Source of the DNA: Marsupella aquatica
Lineage: Eukaryota > Plantae > Marchantiophyta
DNA: 64,000 nt
NCBI GenBank assembly: GCA_973895155.1
Contig: OZ316898.1
Location: 12,675,659-12,739,658 of the forward strand
Direction: 5' to 3'
Below, in pieces: positions 25,068 through 35,928 of this stretch. Under the pieces are notes generated by a model. It saw only the letters and a program-made list of their open reading frames with translations, searched no databases and had not been told where the DNA came from. Positions within the stretch are counted from its first letter, which is position 1. Every line of letters starts with the position of its first letter. The position numbers and the translations under genes were made by a program.

Positions 25068-26036
25068 TGCACACCCAGAATTGACACCTACAGCAAAAAT
25101 TTGTTTAGAATAACAGTTTATCATGATATAGTTACACCCTATAGTGTTGTAATACAATACACTCTATGTTGTTACATTTTGATGATCAATTAGAGGGACG
25201 CATGTAAGTTGCCCCTTAACCCTCAGTTAACATTCGCTTTGCGTCGTCAAAATTCATGTTCAGTTTGGTCGAGTATTATTCGCTTACCAGTGATGTCTCA
25301 GATTGGTCGTTGACGTCAGCATTCAATCTCGTTTCAAGATGACGAAATGATTATGCAAAATCCGCCGCCGCAGCCTCTTTTGTTGTCCCGTACCAAGATT
25401 CACGTGTGACGAGACATGGGCTACCCGACGAAGTGCTCGACGGCCATCAATCCGGAGGACACCTTCGCCATCCGCTCTCGTCATCCGCGCTCGTCATTCG
25501 TCGTCTAGATTGAACGATTCAATTTTGGACTGACTTCTCGTCTTCAGATCACTCAGCTACCTTCGGGTGAATCAACCATTGGCAGGAATCGGACAATGTA
25601 TCAGTGCAGGAAACTTCGCAGTGTCTAGTCCTGTAGCTCCGCCTCGCTTGAAAGTAAAATAGTGCACTTCCTTCTGTGATAAAAGGCCTCCAGGGAGTTT
25701 CCTCTTCAACTCAAACCTGCATTCTCCACTTGTTACGGGAAGTATATATCAAGCCTTGCATTGTGGCTTCGTACCCAGTTATCTGTCCATTTGCGTTGTC
25801 ATTGATCGACGTCCTTACCTCTCAGTCCTGTAAATTCTCGTATCATACGACATCTGAACTCAATCAAGCATTCCAATTCGAAGCCGGTCTGGCTATCCAA
25901 TCTTCCGCCCACTGAAGTTCGCTGCGATTGATCGACAATTAGAATTCCTGGCAATTTCCGATCGTACAAGTTCTGAAACTCAAAGCTTCACCCTGTAATT
26001 GGAAGCAAGCACTCCGATCATACAAGTTCTGAAGCT

Positions 26037-26999
26037 ATGTCGAAGATTGTTGCTGTCCTTGGAGCCACGGGTGGCCAAGGTGGATCCGTCGTACAAGCCC
26101 TGCTCAAGCACGGTGAATACAAGGTCAGAGGTCTCACCCGCAATGTGAACAGCGACAAGGCCAAAGCACTGAGCAGGCAAGGCGTCGAGGTTGTGAGCGC
26201 AGACCTGAACGACGAGGCATCACTAACAAAGGCCTTCAAGGGCGCCACTGCGATCTTTGCTGTCACGGATTTCTTCGAGCCCTTCGCGAAGAATGGGCCG
26301 GAATACGCCATGGAAGTCGAGTACAAGCAAGGCGTGAACATTGTCAACGCCGCCCTGAAGACCCCGACATTGCAGCACTTCATCTGGAGCACTCTCCCGG
26401 ACAGCAAGAAGATCTCGGATGGCAAATTCGTCGTCCCGCATATGGAGAAGAAGGCTCGCATCGACGATTACATCAAATCGAAGCCCGAGCTTCTCGCAAA
26501 GACCACCTTCTTGTGGGTCGCCTTCTACTCCAGCAACTTCTTCTACCCTGTCTACCAACCTTTCTTCCTCAAGTCCATCGGTACGTACGTCTACATCCAG
26601 CCCGTGCCGCCATCCACGCTCATTGCAGCTGCTGGTGACGTCTCTGTCAATGTTGGCATCTTTGCTCGAGCTATCCTGTCCAATCCGACGAAGACTTGTG
26701 GCGGCAAGTATGTGTTCTGTCACGTCCAAACCTACAAGGGAGGCGACTATCTCCAGCTCTGGGCGAAAGTCGCGGGGAAACAACGCGTGCAGTACTTGCA
26801 AGTGTCATTCGAAGAGTACGAGAAGCTGTTCCCGGTGTGGGGAACTGAGATGGGCATAATGATGCTCTTCTGGGAGCATGCCGGGGAGAAGAGCTGGTCT
26901 GGTGAGAAGCTCATTACGGGAGCTGACCTGGGGGTTGATGGAGAATTGAAAACCGTGGAGAAATCTTTTGAGGGCGTGGATTATAGCGCATTGGATTAG
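26037..26999 (+). CDS. NmrA-like / HSCARG-type atypical SDR NAD(P)-binding protein, 320 aa, intronless, fungal-like
   Basis: Single ORF. Rossmann motif VAVLGATGGQGGSVV, then VRGLTRN, ADL.D, FAVTDF, HFIWSTLP, VPH...K. Candidate TATA (TATATA) at 25743-25748. Confidence 0.93.
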   Translation: MSKIVAVLGATGGQGGSVVQALLKHGEYKVRGLTRNVNSDKAKALSRQGVEVVSADLNDEASLTKAFKGATAIFAVTDFFEPFAKNGPEYAMEVEYKQGVNIVNAALKTPTLQHFIWSTLPDSKKISDGKFVVPHMEKKARIDDYIKSKPELLAKTTFLWVAFYSSNFFYPVYQPFFLKSIGTYVYIQPVPPSTLIAAAGDVSVNVGIFARAILSNPTKTCGGKYVFCHVQTYKGGDYLQLWAKVAGKQRVQYLQVSFEEYEKLFPVWGTEMGIMMLFWEHAGEKSWSGEKLITGADLGVDGELKTVEKSFEGVDYSALD

Positions 27000-27102
27000 A
27001 AAGGTGAATGAGGATCAGAGTGTAGGCTAGGTGATCATGCCTATCCTTCGAGTTCAACGAACTCCATGCAGAACACTACAATTCTGAATCCTAAATCCTC
27101 TC

Positions 27103-27215
27103 GAGTTGAACAGAAAGTTTCTCGTCTGAGAGCGTGGGATCGGATTAAATTCGGGAATTTCTCTGCCAATTGTGTTGGCTACTTGTCAGCATCACGGGGT
27201 TATTACTATAGAACA
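27103..27215. repeat. About 115-bp direct repeat, second copy at 28946-29064
   Basis: GAGTTGAACAGA.AG.TTCTCGTCTGAGA...AATTTCTCTGCCAATTG...TTGTCAGCATCAC.GGGTTA.TACTATAGAACA is present in both places. Confidence 0.8.
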
Positions 27216-30200
27216 GGCGACGTATAGAGCTACAAGTGTAAATAAGTACAGTAGTACTCCATAGTCAACACTACAGCAGTTCATTGTTCAATTTCTCGCG
27301 GGGACGGTGGACTGACTCACTGTAGAAAGCTTGTCCACCGAAGACTTTGATATGCTCTTATTTTAGGTTTTCGGTCGACTGCTAGATTTCTCGTATTAGA
27401 TAGATACTTTTCGGGGGAGTACCGTAAAAGACGGTCGAAACTCCAGGATTGCCTGATTCGGAGCTTTGGTGGACACGCTGGCAATGGTGTGAGTCAGTCC
27501 ATAGTTCAGGTGATTTGTGTTTTTCTAAAAGCCATCTAGATCCTGCAGAATTTCGTGCGTGATATGATCCTCTTGTGCTCCCATACTGTCTGAAGGGCAC
27601 AGACGAGTTCGCCAGCCTTTTCACAGGAAGAAACGTGTACAGCAACTGGTGATCTAATGAAATCTGTCATCTGTGAAAATGCCTATAGCATTCAAGTATT
27701 TCAGGTTTTGAAGGTTGATGAGAGTCATGTCCGAACTAGAATTAAAAAACGTGTCCTCCGGCAATTGATTTCAGATAAACAGAGCACTTCTAAGCTTGAT
27801 TTGGAGCGATGTATATTTGCAGTCCAAACTCCAATTTACAGAGAATGATCCATGAAAGAGCGGTCAGTGTTGTAAGGATGCTGATACAAACAGCACCGAA
27901 CAGGGCACTCCTGTGTAGAAGATTCTGTGCATTCGCCCACGTCAGTAATCCACAACTATTTCTTGAAGCTGTCAGTCAAAACTGCAGCGTCAAAAGTGGG
28001 GTAGAAATGCGGATCGACACGAAATGAAATTCCTTCCTCGAAAGTGAAGCGCAAGCTAGGATGGACACAATGGCTGAATTACTTGGATAGACGCACTCAG
28101 GAGCGTTATGGGTAAGGCAGCCTAGAGAACCCAACGCCTTCAATTGGATGAGAAGTGAAGTAGAATTTAGGATGGACAAAAAATGTCCTAACACCACAAC
28201 CGGGATGAACACACTCAGTCACTAACTTTACAACATCACACAGGAACCTTATGGTGTCACAATACTCCTGGAACTTTACAATGTGATGATCATTATGCAA
28301 TTGTAAAATGTTATGACACAGTAGGTAACCAATGAGAAGGGAGACAGCTCCATGCACAGAAAACCAGAGGAATCCACTCGAAATCTTCTATCACCTGTCA
28401 AAGTACTATACAAGTAAATGTGAACATGTCATTTGAGTTCATCAGGGTTTGGAGTGTCCACCTGGGCATTGAACCAAAACCTTTGTGTCCATCCTAGCTT
28501 TCATTTTGTATAACATTTATGGCATTTTATATATTTCAAACTGCCAAAAAGCAAAAGGCCCCCAACCATGAAACATGATGTGGTAGACAATAGGGCGTCT
28601 CAAGTGTCATGTTTCTGCCTCCTGACGCGGTCAGAGAGGGATTCCCGGGAAAAAAGTGGCGGACACAAAAATCTGTGTGGACACACAGCTAAACCGTGAC
28701 CTAAACTGAGAAGAAACTGAGAATTTTGAGCATCGTTTTTACCTGCAACTCCAAGGTTTGGGTTCCCTCCAAAGAAAATATCACTATTGGGAGAAGTGTC
28801 ACTATTGGGGTGGAAGGGGTGGTGAGAGCCTACTAAGTGTTCTTCCCCATTTCCTTTCAAGACAAAAGAGAGATATCCTCTTTCATTTGGAATCAATAAA
28901 CGTTTGTTTATGGAAACGTTTTCTACAAACATGGAGATTTTTCTTGAGTTGAACAGAGAGCTTCTCGTCTGAGAAAGCGCGGGTATCGGGCTAGATTCGG
29001 CAATTTCTCTGCCAATTGCGTTCGATAGTGGTTGTCAGCATCACAGGGTTAATACTATAGAACATGGAGCCGAATTGATTGCAGTAGTGATGGGCGGAAC
29101 TGTGGCTCGGGATAGTAGTAAACTCATCATTGCCGACAGTACCGAAATTGCGAACGTACAGTACCAAAATCAGGAACCAAAATTGCTTTTCCGAGTGATT
29201 TTTGTAAGACTGTGAACAACCAATATGTCATTCAGCAAGAGGCCATCCTCGTAAGAGACGCCATGAATTGAATTTGTGTTTTGCTCTGACCGAGATTCAT
29301 CGTTGTGGGGAGCTGACGCCTCAACTTCTTTGGAACCCATGCAGCCATGTGTTCTTTGAAGGATTTTCGTTCATGCTGGGGCGAGGCTGATGCTAGGACT
29401 TTGATGCTGCAAGGTCGAGCAGCACAGCTCGACTCCTTCCATCGCCACCTCCGCCTTCAATCGCCAGCTTTGCATTGAGGAAAGGAGCTGGGCTCTCTTC
29501 AGCTGACGATGAAGGGAAGAATGAACGTCGTCAATTTCTTTTATTTCTACTTCAGTTTCAATTGAAGCCAAAAGTTTTTCAAATTTCCATATTGTACAAC
29601 ACAGGAACCATCAGATTTGGTACCTTTTACTAACTTGGTATCAGTTGTGTGAAGACGATCAATCCAGTTCTACAATTTTCTTTGGAAAATATGATCGAAA
29701 AATCCTTCTGCAACTTATCATTATCTTCATCATCCGCAGCCCATTTCTATTAAACCTTTATTTAGATTTGACGGAGCATGGATCGATCCATACGGTCAAA
29801 CGGGCCACGATGTGAGGAGCACCAAGTGAACCAATTTGACAGTGTTGCGTCAGTTGGGCACTTTGCCAGGAACTTTCCCTAGTTGGAACTTCGAATCTTG
29901 CCTCCAACCCACGCGTTGCTCTCCAGCTCACTAAATCACATTTTTTAGTATTGCCTTTTTGATGGACAAATTTCTCAAGCGGGGTTTCCCTTCCTTCTTT
30001 TGATTGAGTATTCTTATAACAGTGGAGAATCTAATGAGTCAGTATGCTGGTTGGCTTGGAAAGTTTGTCAACTGTGGGACTTGTGAAAGCATAAGGTTGT
30101 CCCAAGGTAGTAATGGACCTCGACGCGAATCTATTATAATAGCATAGCAGATTAGCTTGTGTGCCCAGCGTCCAGAAGAACCTTGAGGATCTGTCCAAGT

Positions 30201-30469
30201 AGCAATACTGTTCATGTAGCTTCCCCATATGACCTCGAGTTCCAGCGCGATAAAAAAACCTGATTTAATATGCGAAAGGTCGACACGGTTCCACTATGGA
30301 GGAACCGGGGCTCGGTATAATAAGAAGAGAAGCCTCTCCTCACCCCCATCCACATCGTACTTGAAGGAACGGACGAAGTCGCTCGTGCCGATGTATGGCG
30401 TGATCGCATCCAACACCCTGTGTTCATGTGTTAGGTCGCAATTCACTCTTTTCTTCTTGGTCGGTAAAC

Positions 30470-33400
30470 ATGGCAACCGAAGAGAAACTTCTTTCGAAAT
30501 TGCACGAGGCACTGTATTCAGGAGAAAATACTGGCCTGCCAAATCTGCTTAACGTGGTGTGGGATGACTCTTCAGAGGTTGAATGGAAGGGAGTGCCATG
30601 GAAAGAGGTTCTTTCGCGATGGTACGAGACACTGTCCAGAGGCGATAGCTTGCAGGTCATGGAACTCCTGGCGGATCATCCAGGTCTGCTTAGAGTGGGA
30701 TGGGGGGACCAAGCTTCAAAATTTGAATGGGAGAACAAACCATGGACACCGCGCACAGCGCTTCATGTAGGTGTGAGACGAGGAAATGCTAAACTTGTTC
30801 AGCAAGTTTTGATACTCTGTGAGCTAGATATCCCCAGACTTTCAACGATGGACCATGCAGTTGAGGAAGAAACAGAAGAGAGTGACAGCGGCATGGCTCA
30901 GGTAAATAAAGGTGAACCGGATCAGGCGGAGATTGACGAAACACAAAAGAATCACATCGACATTGCTACTGGTTCTCGGGATGATTCGTGGTGGGAACCT
31001 GATCGACAGCAAGCAGAGTGGATTCGATTAGCCTTTAAATTTGTCCAAGAGAGTCCGAAGGTCAAGAAGGACGCTTTTCTTGGTCGTTTTCTCATGGCTA
31101 GGGATGAGGAGTATCGTCTAGATGCCATTGCCATGGGAGCCATTCAGGGTAACCATAAGAACTTTTATATGCTAGTGTGTGCCGCGGAAAAATGCAAGCT
31201 TTACGGCCTTAAATCGGATCTACTTCGTGTCACCAGCGAGAGTAAGAAAGATAGGGATGACAGGGCCGAGCTCAGAAAAGAAACGGGGAAAGTAGTTCAG
31301 AGCTTGTCCTTGAGCCCACTGACGGACGTGTGATGGAAGAGTACAAACGGAAATACAAAGAGGACCTAGATTTCAACTTCCTCCCCTGGCAGGAGTACTT
31401 TTTCCACTTCTTTATGGCGGGCACCCTGTCTGACGATAATATGTCATATGCAAAAGAATTATTGCTTGCTTTTAAATCGATGCCGGGCTCAACTTGGCGC
31501 TTTCTCTTGGAGCTTCACGATGGGCAGGGGAGAACTCCATGGCATGTTATGGAGGTTTCTTCACATATTTCTTTGTTAGAGGAGTTGGATTTCAATGCCG
31601 CCGAATTTCTTGTCGCCGCACGAGACGGCGCAGGCAGGACCCCGTTCCAAAGGAGCCTGGCCGGTGTAGGTTGGAAGGTGCTCAGTCTTCGCAAAATTTT
31701 ATTTTACTGTGATTTTCCTTTAGTGAACGACGACATGAGACATTCGCCCCTGCTTCGTGAACGCTGGGAACACTCGATCTACGACGTTCTTCCCAATGCC
31801 ATAAACCAGACGAAGGGCGAGTACGAAAATTCTGTCAACAGTGTGTCAGCCACAAACGGCTTTCGCAGGTATGGCCACAACTACGAAGACTACACAGGGT
31901 CCGGTTGGTACAGTGCGTCGCCGGAAAGTACCCACCTCGGCAACGCAATCATCCACAAAAGGGCCGTCGCTCTGAAGATGATGACTCCTCAGGGCTGGGA
32001 ACGGCCAAGGGAGATATGGGAGGCCGGGTGGTCACTCGAGCAGTCAAAACGCTGGAGATTCCTCCACACCCTGGCCCGCGCGCTGTGGCAGGCATTAAAG
32101 TCTTGTTTACGAATTGGATCGGAATCCAGCACGAACCTAGCATTACACGAGGACTTACGTTACTGGGAATATTGGCTTCTGGATCTTGCGTTTCCCAATC
32201 GATGGAAGGAGGGAGAGTGGAGGACATACATTCGTGGAACGTTATCTACGGCGACGGAATGGCCCGAAGTAGAAGAGACTCTGCAACGGTGTATTTTCAA
32301 GAAGTCATTTATATGGTGCTATTTTTCGTGGCACTGGGAGGAGGTGGACTGCATGGTGCAACTAGACGCAGTGGAGTTGGCAACTCTAGTGGGGAACCCT
32401 GAGGAAGGTGCAAGCTTGCCCTTGGTACGTTTCGAGTGTATTGTACATTCCTTTACTTTGATAAATATTGTTTTCATTTTACAAAAACCCAGTTCTGTAT
32501 ACCGTAGGTAAGAGAAAAATATAATTGTTTTCAATTGTACCAGCCTGAACGCCTCTCCCTGATAAATGAGGAACTGTTAGTCAATTAGCACCCCCCACCA
32601 CCACTCAACACAGTCATGGTCTAGAGTCATGGTTTTAAGGGTACGCATTCATGTAATGTTGAGTTGCCGTCAAATACTACAATAAATTTCAGCTGGTGTC
32701 ATTTCCGTTGTGGGTAAATAACCAACTCAGAACAAACCCTCAAGGGTGAATAAACAATTTTGTGGTGTTTGGTTACTGTACGTTCAAAGTGGGAGATTGT
32801 GGTCTTTCAATACACCCACCTCATAAGGGTTTCTGTTTTTCCATAAAATTCAGTGGAAGGTATTAAACAATTATATGTCATTTACTTGCTTCCTTGGACT
32901 TTCAACATATGGATTTTGATCATTTTTGCACTTGCTTACAGGGTCACTACTTCTCAATTTCCGTGGACAGGAGGGATTATGGCCAACCATGGACAGCCCT
33001 CCATATTGCAGCAAATACGGGAAATTATGAGATGGTGAAATTGCTCCTAGATCATCCACTCTGTGACCCATACGTCAAAGATATACACGGTAACACTGCA
33101 CTTCACCATGCCTTGAATGTGGTCAACATCGGGAAATTCCAACTGCACTTGTTGGACCATGTGGATTGTGAACATGTCAAATCAAACTACCTGAAGAAAG
33201 CAGGCCAGGAGATTTCACATGAAAATGATCTAGCTGAAAGGAAAGGATGTGTTAACCTGTTACTACAAGCTGGTTGTGATATTTTCAAGACCAATGGCAA
33301 AGGACAACCTCCATATCCCCAAGGCAAATTGTCCAAGAATTCAGAGTTTCTTTCTTGGTGGTACGACAGACAAGCCAAGGAGTTTGAAACAACACAAAAG

Positions 33401-33910
33401 ACAATGAGTTCTGCAGCAAATGCAATATCAGTCACAGCAGCCTTGGTGGCAACTGCATCGTATGTTGGACCTCTCCAACCCCCAATGGGTTATGCAGGAG
33501 ATCCCACTCAAATCCAAGATGCAAACGTTTGGGTGAGAGTTTTCATCTTTTGTGATACCATGTCATTTTATCTTGCAATTGTGTCAATCACGTTATCATT
33601 GATACCAAACCTTCCAATGCCAGAACAAAAGATGACAGAGGAAGTGCGACGAACTCGTAGAATGGTAGCCATGTCAGTTATAGTATTATTTCCATCAATT
33701 ATTTTTGTACTTCTGGCTTTTGTATCAAGCTCCATTGCGGTTGTGAGCGCTAATCCAACATCCACTGGTGGATCATTGGCTATCACCACTGCCTCTGTCG
33801 GTGGACTTCTCTGTCTTATGACCTTCACCATATTTTCTGCAAGGCTGCTAGCATTTGTTTTCCCTAGAAACAAGTTCGTTAGGACCATTTACAAGGCAAC
33901 AAACTTCTAG
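30470..33910 (+). CDS. Ankyrin-repeat + PGG-domain transmembrane protein (ACD6-like architecture); frame break near 31261-31330, so possibly a pseudogene
   Basis: ANK motifs RTALHVG, GRTPWH, GRTPF, WTALHIAA, GNTALHHA. C-terminal SVTAALVATASYVGPLQPPMG plus about 4 hydrophobic helices. Phase-0 intron 32425-32941 (GTACGT...TTACAG). ORFs 30470-31333 and 31330-32424 are in different frames. Confidence 0.75.
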
Positions 33911-35928
33911 TTTTTTGGGGTGGCGTGAGGCAAGAATGGTGAAAACAAAGAGACCTCACAATGAGATTGCTCCTCAGTGCCCGAGTTCCCTGTTTTCGAA
34001 CATAAACCAGTAGCAGTGTAGACGTTTTGCATCATGGTAGGAATGTTGTTACTCAACTATTATGTTGAACTTGTTGAATATGTAGTTTTTTGATTCCCGA
34101 GCATACCAAGGGCACTATCAAAATTGATTGTTGTCTGTCACTCTGTCCATAGGGAGGCGGAAAGGGTGACAGAGAATATGGGTATATGAGGGTGGGAAAT
34201 CGAGTCATTGTTTCAAATATGAGAGGCTAATTTGCAAGGAAGTTGTGGCTCGTGCTCATCTCTGCAATCAAATTTTGCAACTGTATTCTTCTTTCTACTC
34301 TGCTCTATTGCGATTACAAGTACTGCAACGTTTTCATGCATTTGCTGTCATCCCTCCGTTCTCATCTATACTATAATTGCGCAAATGTAGTGTTCGTCTC
34401 TGTTCAATTTCGCCGTGGTACTGCAGCAAAGCAATGGTTGGAATTATTGAAAAGGTTTCCCTCAAGTTTTGCCTTCTGAAAGAAAAGTTGTTCCTGGTGG
34501 TTTCCCTTCCTTCCTTTAAATAGTGTCATTTTTTAATAACAAGGAAATTTCTTTTTTTCACAAAGCCAGGGCGAGTCAAAGATGATTTTCTCTTTGAGTT
34601 ATTTGCTTGGTGGACCCCATACCAAACTTTTCTCCCAACCAACCCCTGGAGTTTTTGGGGTACCTTCATTTAAGGTTTATCAACCTTATGGATCACTCTC
34701 GTCCCATCAACTAGCACTTTTCATTTTGAGGGTCCATCAAGCATATATCTCTTTCATCTTTGGTTTATCAAATAATTGCAAAGTCCCCAAAGCAAGACTT
34801 CCGCTAACTGATTAGTTCAATGGAAATCTGCTCAAATCGTCTAGCAGCGAATTCAAAGAGAAGAAATTGGGAGAGCAACGGACATGAAGAGAAAAATATG
34901 AATTTTCATTTCGGGTTTCTTTCTCTAAGCAGGAACCACTTCATCGATCCAAAGAAGCACTCGACATGGAGTAGGATTCTAATCGGTAGAAGTACAGAAT
35001 GATCGGAAGCCTTGAACCCACTTAGGGAAGCATAAGACAGTCAGAGTGTGCAAAGCCGTTGGACAGACCTATCAATTGTGTTAGGTTCAGTTTGAACCTT
35101 TGTAAAAGAGTTCCTATCTTCGTGAAGAGCGAGAGCAAAACCAGCGAAAACTATAAATCCTTGACAATTTTTATTCGTCGTCATCCTAGAAATTTGGTAA
35201 ATTGACTTACATTAATGTCGCGACGGTATCAAGTTCTGTAAGCTTGGTCGTGTGACTATTACTCCATTCGATATGACTGTACCCCTGGTTTTTGAGAGGC
35301 CAGTACAATTTTATCCATACGCTGAATAAAAACTCGACTGGTGTTTACGTACTTCCCTCGCGAACATTATGGCAATGCACGAGAAACTCCTCGCACTGTC
35401 GATTTGTACTCTTGAAAACCTCTTCAGCTTTGAAGACTTAGATTATCAACACTTCTCTCCCCCGGCAATGGGCAAATGTTCGTAGGCCACAGCGAACGTG
35501 GCAATTGGGTGATAGTGTATATGTGAGCAAATTCCAACCCAATTCAAATGACACGCATGTCCTCCAGCAAAGATCACTAGTTTCTAAGGAATCTTGCTTA
35601 TATACGACTACAGTAGCTGTATTTCTTTCTGGTAGGCCGGTCGATAGAGATTTTCAATCATGAAACGTGATCAACAAAAGCAAAGTGGGAGTAACTATAC
35701 CCACAAGGCCCCTTGCCACTGTGAGTTGGCTAGATATGGCAGGTCCCGACCATTCAGCTTAATCACACAATTAAGTCATTGCTACGTGACAACGGTAGTC
35801 TGCTCTTCTCCGAACTGATTAAGTGGCTGCCCATGGATTTCCGTCACCGAGATCGAAGGGAGCCATACGTCAAAACGGCCATTTACTGTACAGGAACATG
35901 AACTACCATAACACATGGACACTGTCTC

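Noticed and set aside
26223-26801. 192-aa antisense ORF over the NmrA gene
   Set aside because: Shadow ORF expected from the biased codon usage of the sense gene; no recognisable motifs.
31326-31336. GTGA start/stop overlap suggesting bacterial-style translational coupling of two genes
   Set aside because: The locus is spliced and eukaryotic, and both ORFs carry ankyrin motifs of one protein. A frameshift or intron is the simpler explanation.
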